Notes: a model not told the origin generated them from the letters alone. 64,000 nucleotides of DNA from Methanobacteriota archaeon (GCA_963720465.1 OY970393.1:1760001-1824000); one strand, 5' to 3'. Positions 28,870 through 39,423 are shown, counted from the stretch's first letter. Numbers and translations are program-made.

Positions 28870-29571
28870 ATGTGCTCCTTTGTGGAGCTCTCGCATGTAG
28901 AGAAGGAAGCAGCTGGAAGATCTATCGCAGAGTTGGTCAATGACGGAATGATTGTGGGGCTTGGTACGGGCACGACCGTCGCTCACGCGATCGTTCATCT
29001 TGGGAGGCGGATCGCTGATGAAGGGCTTTCGATTTCGGGCGTTCCCACGTCGTACCAGTCGATGCTGCTAGCGATCGAGCACCGCGTGCCGCTGGCGTCC
29101 CTTTACGAGCACGAGGTCATCGATATCGCGCTGGACGGCGCTGATCAAGTCGATTCGCGCCTAAACCTCATCAAAGGGGGCGGAGGGGCGCACACGCGCG
29201 AGAAAATCGTTGCGCACGCAGCACGGCGATTCTGCGTCGCGGTCGATGCTTCAAAACTCGCGCCGCGTCTAAATCTGCCGGTACCGCTTGAGGTGTTGCC
29301 CTTCGCGTGTCCACTCGTGCGTCGGGATGTGCGCCGCATGGGGGCTTCGGCAAAACTTAGGCGATCTGAGCAAAATCGAGCGTATGTTACTGATCAGGGG
29401 AACCTCGTGCTCGACGCGCACTTTGGAATCATCAGAGATCCAAAAAAGTTGGCAATCGAACTATCCGTTATTGCCGGGGTGGTGGAGCACGGCATTTTTA
29501 CAGACGTCTCTGAGGTTCACGTCGCGCGCATTCGCGAAAAGAGGCCTACAGTCGAAATCTTAACGCCGTGA
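28870..29571 (+). CDS. rpiA: Ribose-5-phosphate isomerase A
   Basis: GLGTGTT, DGADQVD, KGGGGAHTREK and GVVEHGIF. Confidence 0.95.
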   Translation: MCSFVELSHVEKEAAGRSIAELVNDGMIVGLGTGTTVAHAIVHLGRRIADEGLSISGVPTSYQSMLLAIEHRVPLASLYEHEVIDIALDGADQVDSRLNLIKGGGGAHTREKIVAHAARRFCVAVDASKLAPRLNLPVPLEVLPFACPLVRRDVRRMGASAKLRRSEQNRAYVTDQGNLVLDAHFGIIRDPKKLAIELSVIAGVVEHGIFTDVSEVHVARIREKRPTVEILTP

Positions 29572-29588
29572 CGGGTTGCAGTATCGAA

Positions 29589-29981
29589 CTATTTCGTTAC
29601 TCCGACGGTCCGAGACAGGCTCCGGAGCATGGTGATCGTTTCCTCGTCTTGCTGTGCGTCGCGTTTTCGTGAGTCGTCGAGATGGTCAATGACATCGCAG
29701 AGTTCGATGGAGAGACGGTAACATTTGAGCGGGCGGCCTTTGCCCTCCTTTTTTTGCTCCCACTCTTCGATCCAACCACGTTCCCTTAGCTCGCGCATCG
29801 CTATACTGACTTCAGGTTGTCGCAAGCCAGCACCCAGTTCAATATTGCGGGACACCGATTCGTTGACGTTTGAAAGGTACACAAGTGCCTTCGCCAAGTT
29901 CCTCTTGAGGCCGATATTGCACAGGAGGTTACACATCACCTCCTCGTCTTGGTCGAATACCGGCATGGATTCGTCCCTCAT
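29589..29981 (-). CDS. Winged-helix transcriptional regulator (methanogen type)
   Basis: LRQPEVSIAMREL and GKGRP. Confidence 0.8.
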   Translation of the reverse strand: MRDESMPVFDQDEEVMCNLLCNIGLKRNLAKALVYLSNVNESVSRNIELGAGLRQPEVSIAMRELRERGWIEEWEQKKEGKGRPLKCYRLSIELCDVIDHLDDSRKRDAQQDEETITMLRSLSRTVGVTK

Positions 29982-30210
29982 TATATTCCCCTTACTATTT
30001 TTATCCGATAAATTATATTGACGATATAAATACGTTTTTAAATTATTTCGCCAATTTCCGTTCAGAAAGGCATTATTTTAATTATAGGCACATATTTATA
30101 TTATTTTTATATAAATGTGGCGGCTGCTTGCGACAAAAGCCTTTTATAGAGCGCTCATAATAGCGGGAGTATCTGTAGCATCCGCTGTGGCGCGCTATGG
30201 CATCTCGCGG

Positions 30211-30340
30211 GCCGGGGTGGCCTAGTAAGTTGTTGCATATAAGGCAGCGATCTAGACGGCTAAGGTGTCAGACTCATAGGGTATTCTGATACGACACCTG
30301 AGATATCTGAAGAGCGCGGGTTCAACTCCCGCCCCCGGCA
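30211..30340 (+). tRNA. tRNA-Met(CAU), elongator type, with introns at 30228-30257 (17/18) and 30279-30304 (37/38)
   Basis: Acceptor GCCGGGG/CCCCGGC, D-stem GCCT/AGGT, anticodon stem TCAGA/TCTGA, T-arm GCGGG-TTCAACT-CCCGC; both introns form BHB motifs; 74 nt after splicing. Confidence 0.92.
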
Positions 30341-30402
30341 TGCTCTATTCTTCGACCAATAGTTATATATGCCCAACTTTTCTATATAATTCTCAGATTT
30401 TT

Positions 30403-31401
30403 ATGGAGATTCGAAAGGTTCAACTTACTGGCAAATCGAGCTACACCGTTTCACTGCCCAAGGTTTGGGCCACGCAACTCGGTTTGAAGGAGAAGTCGCG
30501 AGTGGCGCTGTCAACGCTGCCTGACGGCTCGCTGCGGGTCACGCCTAACGAACACGTTAAGCCACAGGAACGTGGGGTTTTCAACATTGACGCCCTTTTT
30601 GACGAGGCCTTGGCACGCCACATGATTGCCATCTACATCGCGGGCTATGACACGTTCGAGCTTCGCGCTCAGAAGATTCGATCCGACCAGCGAGAGACGA
30701 TACGTGACATGTCCTACCGCCTCATTGGCATGGAAGTCGTCGAAGAGACCGCGAAATCGGTCGTAATACAGGATTTTCTAAGTCCTAATGAGCTGCAAGT
30801 CAAAAAGTCTATTAGGAGAATGCACCTCATCATCGAGTCGATGCTCGCCGACGCCATAAAATCGCTGCTGAAAAATGATATCGACCTCGCTAGTGACGTC
30901 ATAGTGAGAGATCGCGACGTGGATCGCCACTATTTGCTCGTGCTCAAACGGCTGCAAGAGATGGTCACGACCCCATTTTCGGAGGGTTCAGACATTGCCG
31001 CAAACGAGAGTCTTGAGTACTACCTCACCGCCGTCTCACTCGAGCGAATCGCCGATCACGGGACTAAAATAGCGCGCTGCGTGCTGACGTTGGCAGGAGG
31101 ACCAGTCCCTGAAGAGGTGCGCAACAGCATAAACGAGGCGAGTATCCTGTCAAATACCGTCGTACAGCTCGCGATGGATGCGCTTTCAAAACTTGATACG
31201 AAGCTTGCCGAGGAGGCTATAAGCGCAAAGGGCAGACAGACACCTATCCTTAAACGTCTGGAAGAGATGACGCTCGACCTAGATGCTCACGTAGCGCTGC
31301 CAATATACTGCATCATCACCAGTATTGACCGGGTTGCCGACTATGGGATGAACATAGCCGAGGTTGCCATCAATCTCGCAGTCGCAAAGTCGAATCGGTA
31401 A
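30403..31401 (+). CDS. AbrB-domain / double-PhoU phosphate regulator
   Basis: RKVQLTGKSSYTVSLPKxW plus two ER/DR-xADH/Y PhoU motifs. Confidence 0.9.
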   Translation: MEIRKVQLTGKSSYTVSLPKVWATQLGLKEKSRVALSTLPDGSLRVTPNEHVKPQERGVFNIDALFDEALARHMIAIYIAGYDTFELRAQKIRSDQRETIRDMSYRLIGMEVVEETAKSVVIQDFLSPNELQVKKSIRRMHLIIESMLADAIKSLLKNDIDLASDVIVRDRDVDRHYLLVLKRLQEMVTTPFSEGSDIAANESLEYYLTAVSLERIADHGTKIARCVLTLAGGPVPEEVRNSINEASILSNTVVQLAMDALSKLDTKLAEEAISAKGRQTPILKRLEEMTLDLDAHVALPIYCIITSIDRVADYGMNIAEVAINLAVAKSNR

Positions 31402-31502
31402 GCATCTCGTCCGTTTGCTTTTTATGGCTGCTACCTGATCTATATAGTCTATATAGGATACCCATATGATCTATATTCGCTCCAGGGAGACGTGGTGAAC
31501 CT

Positions 31503-32423
31503 ATGAAAAAGATTTTTCCAATTGTGCTAATCTCATTGCTCGTCGCAGTAGCGGTTTTCGGAGCAGGATGTACGTCCAGCAACAACTCGACTAGCGGCAG
31601 CAGCAATACATTGTCACTTGCAGGGTCGACATCAGTGCAGCCAGACGCGCAAGCATTGGCGGCGGCCTACATGGCAAACAACTCAGGCGTCACTGTAAAC
31701 GTGGTAGGCGGCGGAACTGCGGCGGGCATTACGGCCGCCGGTACAGGCACTGCGCAGATCGGCATGGCTTCAGCTAATCTTACGGCCAGTGAGCTGGCGC
31801 AGTATCCGACTCTCCAGTCTATCCCAATTTGCGTTGATGGGATCGCCATCATCGTTAATCCGCACAACACTGCTGTGAATGGTCTGACCATTAACCAGGT
31901 GATGAACATCTATACCGGTAACATCACCAACTGGAACCAAGTCGGCGGAAGCAACGCGAAGATCGATGTCGTCAACAGGGAACAGGGATCCGGTACACGA
32001 TCTGGGGTACAATCACTTGTGCTGAAAAACGGTAACTTCAGCACGGGAGGGATCACAGAGTCCTCTACGGGATCGGTGAAATCGTATGTCGCGGGAGATA
32101 CGAACGCAATTGGCTACATCGCTACGAATGCAGTCGACAGCTCGGTCAAGGCACTTACCATTAATGGCATTGCTCCTACGTATGGCAACCTAGCAAACGG
32201 AACCTACGTTATTGAGCGATATCTCCTGTACGTAACGAACGGACCCGCAACGGGACTTGCGCAAAGTTTCATAAACTACACCCTTAGCCCCGCAGGACAA
32301 GCGATATTAAAGAGCCAAGGCGAGGTGGCGCTCAGCGACGTACCAGGGTACGTCCCGCCGACAACGACAGCAACGGCAGCAACGACAACAACAGCAACGG
32401 CAACATCAGCAACGACAATGTAA
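31503..32423 (+). CDS. pstS: Phosphate ABC transporter binding lipoprotein
   Basis: Lipobox GAGC, GSTSVQP and REQGSGTR; Thr/Ala tail. Confidence 0.92.
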   Translation: MKKIFPIVLISLLVAVAVFGAGCTSSNNSTSGSSNTLSLAGSTSVQPDAQALAAAYMANNSGVTVNVVGGGTAAGITAAGTGTAQIGMASANLTASELAQYPTLQSIPICVDGIAIIVNPHNTAVNGLTINQVMNIYTGNITNWNQVGGSNAKIDVVNREQGSGTRSGVQSLVLKNGNFSTGGITESSTGSVKSYVAGDTNAIGYIATNAVDSSVKALTINGIAPTYGNLANGTYVIERYLLYVTNGPATGLAQSFINYTLSPAGQAILKSQGEVALSDVPGYVPPTTTATAATTTTATATSATTM

Positions 32424-32500
32424 TAGCGACTTAACGACTAAGCATCCCCTCCCCTCCTTTTTTTTCTGCAAAGGAGTCATAAGCCACGTCCAACACAGCG

Positions 32501-33388
32501 GTGCGCGCACTTCGGAGATCAAGAACGAGGGACGCAAGAGAGCGTCTCATCCAGTTGATCTTGCTGGTGTGCGCGATCTCGTCAATCTTCGCTATTTTTT
32601 TGATTATCGTTTTCGTCTTTAGCCAAGGAGTGCCCTTCTTGGCTGAAGCGGGTTTACCTTTTTTGACAGGGAGCGTTTGGCTGCCCGCTGACAGCTTCGC
32701 TGCCGGCACGTGGGGAATATTCCCCATTATTCTGGGCTCGCTGATCGTCACGTTGGGCGCCGTGGCGATTGGAGCGCCGCTCGGGATCGCGTGCGCTGTG
32801 TTCTTGGCTGAAATTGCACCCCCTGCGATCCGGCGCGTGCTGGTCCCCTCTGTAAGTGCCTTGGCCGGTGTTCCGTCAGTCGTTTACGGGTTCTTTGCCC
32901 TTCTTGTGATTGTACCGTGGATACGGGGGCAATTTGGTGGATTTGGAACGAGCGTTCTTGCCTGTTGGATCATCCTCTCCATCATGATACTCCCAACCAT
33001 CATCAGCATATCTACTGATGCAATGCGCGCCGTTCCTCGTGAATACAAAGAAGGGAGTCTAGCGATGGGGGCTACGCGATGGCAAACAATTAGGAGCGTC
33101 TTGATCCCTGCAGCGAGCTCGGGCATCATTGCGAGCGTCATACTCGGCATGGGGCGCGCTATCGGCGAGACGATGGCCGTATTGCTCGTGGCTGGAAACT
33201 CTGTAACCATCCCCGGTTCAATATTCGCTCCGGTCAGCACGCTTACCGCGCAAATCGCGCTCGAGATGAACTATGCGACAGGAGCACACCAGCAGGCACT
33301 CTTTGCCATGGGCGTTGTACTTTTTGTGTTCATTATGATTCTGACCGGGCTCGCGAACCTTGCGACCAGGAGGCGAGTGACCTTTTAA
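32501..33388 (+). CDS. pstC: Phosphate ABC permease
   Basis: AGVPSVVYG, GATRWQTI and GRAIGETMAV. Confidence 0.93.
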   Translation: MRALRRSRTRDARERLIQLILLVCAISSIFAIFLIIVFVFSQGVPFLAEAGLPFLTGSVWLPADSFAAGTWGIFPIILGSLIVTLGAVAIGAPLGIACAVFLAEIAPPAIRRVLVPSVSALAGVPSVVYGFFALLVIVPWIRGQFGGFGTSVLACWIILSIMILPTIISISTDAMRAVPREYKEGSLAMGATRWQTIRSVLIPAASSGIIASVILGMGRAIGETMAVLLVAGNSVTIPGSIFAPVSTLTAQIALEMNYATGAHQQALFAMGVVLFVFIMILTGLANLATRRRVTF

Positions 33389-34236
33389 TGGCCGCCAAGC
33401 GCCGCGAGATGGTGCCCATGGGATTGCTCTGGGGGGCGGGTATCGCGACTATCATCATCCTCGTCGTCATATTGGCCTACATACTCGCAGAAGGGCTTCC
33501 GCTCATCAGCTGGCATTTCTTGACGGCAAATCCAGGTGTGAGGGGACAGACAGGGACGGGAATCTATTCGACTATAGTGGCTACGGTCGCGGTCACGGGC
33601 GTAGCCCTGCTGGTAGCTGCGCCGCTGAGCGTCGGTGGGGCGATCTATTTGAACGAATACACTAGGGAGAACCTTCTGCGAAAAGTAATTCGCCAGGCGG
33701 CAGAAGTACTGGCAGGCATACCGTCTATCATCATCGGCCTCTTTGGATTCCTCTTTTTTGTCATCTATTTGCTGCCTTACACTGGGGGGTGGTCAGTACT
33801 ATCTGGGGGGCTGACACTCGCATTCATGGTGCTCCCTATATCGCTCAGAATTTCTGAAGAGGCGTTGAAAGCCGTCCCGGGAGAGCTGCGGGAAGGCAGC
33901 TTAGGCTTAGGTGCGACGAAATGGCAGTCGATTACTACGGTAGTCTTGCCGACAGCGCTCCCAGGAATCGTCACTGGGCTCATTCTCGGCATGGGGCGTG
34001 CTATCGGCGAGACTGCGGCCATCTTGCTTACTGCAGGCGGTGCGATAGGTCTGATCCACAGCCTGCAAGATCCTTGTTGCCCAATGACATTGTATATTTA
34101 TAACATCCTTACTGAGTATAACGACACGTCAACGGCGTATGGTACAGCCGCCGTGCTGATTATTGCGATCCTAGCGATCACATTCATTACTGACTGGCTA
34201 ATGAACAGCTATACCAAGAAACTAAAGGGGCTATGA
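33388..34236 (+). CDS. pstA: Phosphate ABC permease
   Basis: GIPSIIIGLFG and GRAIGETAA. Confidence 0.93.
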   Translation: MAAKRREMVPMGLLWGAGIATIIILVVILAYILAEGLPLISWHFLTANPGVRGQTGTGIYSTIVATVAVTGVALLVAAPLSVGGAIYLNEYTRENLLRKVIRQAAEVLAGIPSIIIGLFGFLFFVIYLLPYTGGWSVLSGGLTLAFMVLPISLRISEEALKAVPGELREGSLGLGATKWQSITTVVLPTALPGIVTGLILGMGRAIGETAAILLTAGGAIGLIHSLQDPCCPMTLYIYNILTEYNDTSTAYGTAAVLIIAILAITFITDWLMNSYTKKLKGL

Positions 34237-34239
34237 TGC

Positions 34240-35001
34240 GTGAGCGGCGAGGTTGAGATAAGTATAAGGAACCTGAACCTCTGGTTTGGGAACTTTCAAG
34301 CCCTCAAGAACATCAACATCGACATTCCAAAGAACGCAGTCACTGCCCTAATCGGTCCATCAGGGTGTGGAAAATCGACTTTTATCAAGACACTTGACCG
34401 AATGAATGATCTTGTAGATAACGTCAAGTTTACTGGCGAAGTAATTTACAAAGGGCGTAATATCCTCAACTCGGATACGGACGTCGTGGAACTCCGCAAA
34501 GAGATTGGAATGGTGTTTCAAAAGCCCAACCCGTTCCCGAAATCCATCTTCGACAACGTCGCCTACGGGCCGCGGGTCCACGGGGTTCGAGATAAAAAGA
34601 CCCTGAACGAGATTGTTGAAAATAGCCTCAAAGGCGCGGCGATTTGGGACGAAGTCAAGGATCGGCTTAATGAATCCGCGCTCAGGCTTTCGGGCGGTCA
34701 GCAGCAACGGCTCTGTATCGCGCGGCTCCTCGCCGTCGAACCTGACGTGCTGCTCATGGATGAGCCCGCGTCAGCGCTGGATCCGATCGCAACGTCGAAG
34801 ATTGAAGATCTTATACACGAGCTGAAAAAAGAGTACACCATCATCATCGTCACGCATAACATGCAGCAGGCAGCTCGCGTCTCCTCACGCACGGCGTTTT
34901 TCTTTCTCGGCGAACTCGTTGAGTACGCTTCGACGATAGACTTATTTGAACGACCGCGAGAAAAGAAGACAGAAGACTACGTAACTGGGAAGTTCGGGTG
35001 A
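34240..35001 (+). CDS. pstB: Phosphate ABC ATPase
   Basis: [17 protein letters not shown] and [13 protein letters not shown]. Confidence 0.96.
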   Translation: MSGEVEISIRNLNLWFGNFQALKNINIDIPKNAVTALIGPSGCGKSTFIKTLDRMNDLVDNVKFTGEVIYKGRNILNSDTDVVELRKEIGMVFQKPNPFPKSIFDNVAYGPRVHGVRDKKTLNEIVENSLKGAAIWDEVKDRLNESALRLSGGQQQRLCIARLLAVEPDVLLMDEPASALDPIATSKIEDLIHELKKEYTIIIVTHNMQQAARVSSRTAFFFLGELVEYASTIDLFERPREKKTEDYVTGKFG

Positions 35002-35013
35002 GAGACACAAACC

Positions 35014-35679
35014 ATGGCTAGGAATCGCTACGTTAGAAAGCTGAAAGAATTGCGGCAAAACGTCACAGAAATGGGCGCTATTACCCAGCGATCAGTTGAG
35101 GATGTGCTGCGGGCCCTCGAGACGAGTGATACGATCCTCGCTCAGCAGGTCATCACCAATGACGATGAGATAGACAAGTTCGATCGCAAGATTGAATCGC
35201 AATGCATGTCGCTCCTCGCGCTCGAACAGCCTATGGCAAAGGACCTCAGGATCATTGCTACTTCTTTGAAGATGATAACCGATTTGGAGCGCATTGGCGA
35301 CTTCACCGTAGACATCGCAGAAGAGGTCGTCACCATGGAAAAGCCGATCCGCATACCTATTTCCGCATCGAAATTCAACGAGCTTGTCGCTGACGTGAAG
35401 TCGCTGGTCGCCGACAGCGTTGAAACATACACTAACGGCGACGTCGAACAAGCGCGCCGCTTTGAAGCGCGCGACGACAGAATTGACATCCTGTATAAAG
35501 ACATCGTCGATAATATGGTGAAAGCGCTCGCTCAAGGCAAATGCTCAACGGAGACTGTGGCTGATGTTGCGAGCCTGCTGTACATCATACGATACTTGGA
35601 GCGCATTGCTGATCATGCGGTAAACATCGGAAATCGCGTCTGTTACATGGAAGAAGGCGAGCGGCGCTACTTCAAGTAG
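35014..35679 (+). CDS. phoU: Phosphate signalling protein PhoU
   Basis: QPMAKDLR, DLERIGD and LERIADHAVNI. Confidence 0.95.
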   Translation: MARNRYVRKLKELRQNVTEMGAITQRSVEDVLRALETSDTILAQQVITNDDEIDKFDRKIESQCMSLLALEQPMAKDLRIIATSLKMITDLERIGDFTVDIAEEVVTMEKPIRIPISASKFNELVADVKSLVADSVETYTNGDVEQARRFEARDDRIDILYKDIVDNMVKALAQGKCSTETVADVASLLYIIRYLERIADHAVNIGNRVCYMEEGERRYFK

Positions 35680-35686
35680 CTTCTTT

Positions 35687-36427
35687 TCACTGACCCGGTT
35701 CGTCTAGAGGCGTGGATTCAGACCACGTATCGCCAGTTCTCACTTCCTGTAGTCTTGTTCTTGCGTTTTTCGACGCGCGTTCTATGTCTTCACAGGGCGT
35801 TTGCGAAAGCGAGCCGTGGCCGGGAAAGAGTCGCTCTATCTTTTTCGTATTGAGCACGTCCATAGAATGCACGTAGTCACCAGCACTTCCCGAGGGTGCT
35901 ATCGCCGACAGAGTCCCGTTTGCGAAAACGGTATCTCCTGAAAATAGCAGCTTGTTATACTCCTCATAGACACAGATGCAGCCAGATGTATGGCCGGGAG
36001 TATCGATCACTTCGAGTTTCGCGTTTTCCAGGTCGATAAACGTTCCGTTCTCAAACCACACATGCGGTTTCGTATACCGATAATCGGCCGAAAATGACGA
36101 GTACATCGTGACATATGCGTCTTTTTCGGTTATTTTTGCGGCAGCGAGCCGTCCAGCCGCGATAATGGCCGTGCGGTAGAAGTACTTATTGCCACCAATG
36201 TGGTCAAAGTGTTCATGCGTGTTGACGACCAAATCGACATCTGCAGGCGTGAATCCAATGTTGCGTAACGCATCCCTCAAATCACCAAAGCTCGCATCAA
36301 TTCCCGAATCGATCATGACGATCTTGTCGGTCCCAACGATAAGGTAAACGTGACACGACGGCCGCTGCGCCGGTATTTGGAAGACGCCGGGGCACACTTC
36401 TACGGGTTCTTTGCGTTGATCTATCAC
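35687..36427 (-). CDS. Metallo-beta-lactamase fold hydrolase
   Basis: THEHFDHIGG, TPGHT, SGDT and PGHG. Confidence 0.9.
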   Translation of the reverse strand: MIDQRKEPVEVCPGVFQIPAQRPSCHVYLIVGTDKIVMIDSGIDASFGDLRDALRNIGFTPADVDLVVNTHEHFDHIGGNKYFYRTAIIAAGRLAAAKITEKDAYVTMYSSFSADYRYTKPHVWFENGTFIDLENAKLEVIDTPGHTSGCICVYEEYNKLLFSGDTVFANGTLSAIAPSGSAGDYVHSMDVLNTKKIERLFPGHGSLSQTPCEDIERASKNARTRLQEVRTGDTWSESTPLDEPGQ

Positions 36428-36616
36428 ATTTCATGCCTACGGTATCCTGCCTTTATAAATGATCCATATAGATTCAATAGCCGCAAGGAGGCCTCCACGC
36501 TGGGTATGGGTAGCGATCAAGCGTGCCGTACTTGGATTAAAACTGGCGACAAGGCAATAAGTTAAGCGGTCGCGTTATTGAAAAAGGGAAGAAACCCCAC
36601 AGACAGGAGGTAAGAA

Positions 36617-37570
36617 ATGGATTTCTCGATGAGCGCAATTAGGGCTCCGTTAGACGTTCCCCAGGAGCTGCGAATGGAATATAGAAGAAATCTATTCACC
36701 ATAACAAAGGGAAGCGGCCGTATTATGCTCTTCGCGGGAGATCAGAAGATTGAGCACATGAACGATGATTTCCATGGCCCTGGCATTTCCCCTGACGACA
36801 ACGATCCTGAGCACTTGTTTCGAATCGCGAGTAGCGCTGAAATCGGGTGTTTTGCGACGCAGATGGGGCTGATCGCTCGCTACGGCGAGGATTATCCAAA
36901 CGTCAATTATCTTATCAAGCTTAATTCCAAGTCGAACCTTGTAAAGCCCGCGCAAGTAGAACCGTTCAGTGGTCTCTTCTATTCCATGGAACAAGTCGAT
37001 GAGTTTCGGAAGAGTTCGGCGTTGAACATTCCCGCCGTCGGATATACGATTTACGCCGGAAGCGAATACGAAACGCACATGCTGCACGAAGCCGCCCAGA
37101 TCATTCACGGCGCTCACAAGCGTGGCATGATCGCGATCATTTGGGTCTATCCCCGCGGGAAGGCAGTGAAAGATGAGCACGACCCGCATCTCATCGCCGG
37201 CGCAGCCGGGTTAGGTGCCGCCCTCGGCGCGGATTTTGTGAAAGTAAACTACCCGAAGAAAGACGGCGTCGATTCCAAAGAAACCTTTAAAGAGGCCGTT
37301 CAAGCCGCGGGCCGATGCAAAGTATTGTGCGCAGGGGGCTCAACTGTAGATGTCAGACTCTTCCTTGAGCGCCTCTGGGAGCAAATCTTCGTAAGCGGCG
37401 CAAGTGGCAATGCGACCGGCAGGAACATACACCAAAAGCGGCTCAAGGAAGCCATTCAAATGTGCAATGCAATTTCAGCCATCGTCGTGAACGGTGAAGG
37501 CGTGGAAGAAGCGCTGCAGATCTACACGGGAAGAAAAGAGTTTAAAGTGAAAGACTATAACATGTCGTGA
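36617..37570 (+). CDS. Class I (DhnA-type) fructose-bisphosphate aldolase family protein
   Basis: AGDQKIEH, WVYPRG, LGADFVKVNYP and GRNIHQ. Confidence 0.85.
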   Translation: MDFSMSAIRAPLDVPQELRMEYRRNLFTITKGSGRIMLFAGDQKIEHMNDDFHGPGISPDDNDPEHLFRIASSAEIGCFATQMGLIARYGEDYPNVNYLIKLNSKSNLVKPAQVEPFSGLFYSMEQVDEFRKSSALNIPAVGYTIYAGSEYETHMLHEAAQIIHGAHKRGMIAIIWVYPRGKAVKDEHDPHLIAGAAGLGAALGADFVKVNYPKKDGVDSKETFKEAVQAAGRCKVLCAGGSTVDVRLFLERLWEQIFVSGASGNATGRNIHQKRLKEAIQMCNAISAIVVNGEGVEEALQIYTGRKEFKVKDYNMS

Positions 37571-37641
37571 ATCGTTAGCTCGGCCATAGGTAGCGCTGCC
37601 AGCACGTACGTAATCTCCGCGTGGCCTTGGGGGAGAGAGCT

Positions 37642-38568
37642 ATGATATACACGATCACGCTGAATCCTGCGCTTGACCGCATACTCACTGTTAAGTCCAT
37701 CGAATATAACAACCCTAATCGAGTGGACGGCGATGACCGATATGCAGGCGGCAAAGGCATCGACGTGTCGAAAGCCCTCACCCGGCTCGGTGTGGACAAC
37801 AAAGCGATTGGGTTTGCTGGCGGTTTCATAGGGCAGGAGCTCGAAGGATGCCTGCTCAATCTCGGCGTCAACTGCGAGTTTGTCAGAATCTCCGCCGAAA
37901 CCCGCACCAACGTGTATATTCACGAGACGGCTAGGAACCGGCAGATCTCGTTCAATCTACGCGGCCCTTTGATCCAGTCCTTCGAGCTTATGGAGATGAT
38001 CGATGTGATCAAAGGGCTCGAGGATGCTAATTACGTTATTCTCAGTGGTAGTGTTCCTGCCGGAGTCAATGCGATCATCTACCAAAAAATCGTAGAGATC
38101 GCAAAAGGCAAAGGAGCGACGGTCGTTCTAGACTCCGACGATGAGCCGTTCAGGGCCGGTTTGAGGGCGAAGCCCCATATTATCAAGCCTAACGTGCACG
38201 AGCTCGAGCGACTCTTGGCTAGGCAGCTCAGAGATATGAGCGCGATCGTCGATGCGGCCATAGAGGTGCACGAAGGAGGCATTGATGTGGTTCTTGTCTC
38301 CATGGGCGCCAGAGGCGTGCTGCTCGTAACCGAAGAAGAACGGTGGATAGCGCATCCGCCGCGAGTGACTGTGACAAATACCATCGGCGCCGGAGACTCA
38401 GCCGTTGCCGGATTTGTTCAGAGCTTAGTTTTGGGAGAAAACTTCAAGGAAGCGGCCTCGAGGGCAGCAGCGACGGGAACCGCAGCAACTCTCATCGATG
38501 ATGTCTCCATTACCCAAGAAAACGTGAATGCTATTCTTGGCCAAGTGAAGGTCCGCCGCGTGACCTAG
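37642..38568 (+). CDS. 1-phosphofructokinase family (PfkB) kinase
   Basis: TITLNPALD, GGKGI, KPNVHEL and TIGAGDS. Confidence 0.9.
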   Translation: MIYTITLNPALDRILTVKSIEYNNPNRVDGDDRYAGGKGIDVSKALTRLGVDNKAIGFAGGFIGQELEGCLLNLGVNCEFVRISAETRTNVYIHETARNRQISFNLRGPLIQSFELMEMIDVIKGLEDANYVILSGSVPAGVNAIIYQKIVEIAKGKGATVVLDSDDEPFRAGLRAKPHIIKPNVHELERLLARQLRDMSAIVDAAIEVHEGGIDVVLVSMGARGVLLVTEEERWIAHPPRVTVTNTIGAGDSAVAGFVQSLVLGENFKEAASRAAATGTAATLIDDVSITQENVNAILGQVKVRRVT

Positions 38569-39359
38569 ATGCCCTGCCTGCCAGCACTATCAGCTCGACA
38601 GGCGTTGATATCGTTTCGGAATTGTGCTGCCATCTTGTGGGGGGATTGCGCGAAAATAACATCCCTGGACACGGCGATGATGCCCATGCGCCCTTGAGCG
38701 TTCATCCCTGACGTAACTGCTTTCTGAAGGTCACCGCCTTGTGATCCGACGCCCGGGATGAGGAGTGGAACCTCCTCGCCCACAATACCGCGTACTGCCT
38801 CAAGCTCACTTCCTTGCGTAGCGCCCACAATGAAGCCGAGATTGCCGTGTATGTTCCATTCCAAAGCCTTTTTCGCAACGACCTGATAGAGCGGCTCCAC
38901 ACATGACAGGTTCTGTATCTCTGCAGCCCCGGCGTTCGACGTCTTGCAAAGGATAAAGACGCCCTTGTTTCGCCGCTCGATGAAGGGCTCTATCGCGTCG
39001 AGTCCCATATAAGGGCTTACCGTCACGGCGTCACCTCCCACGATCTCATACACGTACTTGGCATGTGCTTTTGACGAGTGTGCAACATCAGCCTTCTTTG
39101 AGTCGACAATGACTGGAACGCGCACAAACTCTTTGATATACTCCACCGTCTTGATAAGGGCGTCCAACCCTGGAGGGCCGCGCGCTTCGTAGAACGCCGT
39201 ATTAACCTTGAAACAGCAGACCAAATCGAGCGTAGCGCTGATAATGCGCTGGTTGAAATCGAAAACATCATCCACCGTGCCATCAGGGTCCAGCCCCACG
39301 CACAGCCAGCTATTGTTCTGACGCGCTGTTTTTTCCAAGTCTCGCAAAAAAGCCACCAT
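38565..39359 (-). CDS. pyrF: Orotidine-5'-phosphate decarboxylase
   Basis: CVGLDP, DSKKAD, KTSN and LIPGVGSQGG. Confidence 0.92.
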   Translation of the reverse strand: MVAFLRDLEKTARQNNSWLCVGLDPDGTVDDVFDFNQRIISATLDLVCCFKVNTAFYEARGPPGLDALIKTVEYIKEFVRVPVIVDSKKADVAHSSKAHAKYVYEIVGGDAVTVSPYMGLDAIEPFIERRNKGVFILCKTSNAGAAEIQNLSCVEPLYQVVAKKALEWNIHGNLGFIVGATQGSELEAVRGIVGEEVPLLIPGVGSQGGDLQKAVTSGMNAQGRMGIIAVSRDVIFAQSPHKMAAQFRNDINACRADSAGRQGI

Positions 39360-39423
39360 ATCTCGTCTCTCCCGAGTAGGCAGGATGTATTCTTCTTCCT
39401 CTATTTACTGCTTGTGTTGGCTC

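Noticed and set aside
29985-30150. AT-rich stretch as a replication origin or foreign DNA
   Set aside because: Explained by divergent promoters for the regulator and the tRNA; no origin boxes or integrase seen.
32361-32420. ACAACGGCA-like repeat as a separate element
   Set aside because: It encodes the Thr/Ala-rich tail of PstS.
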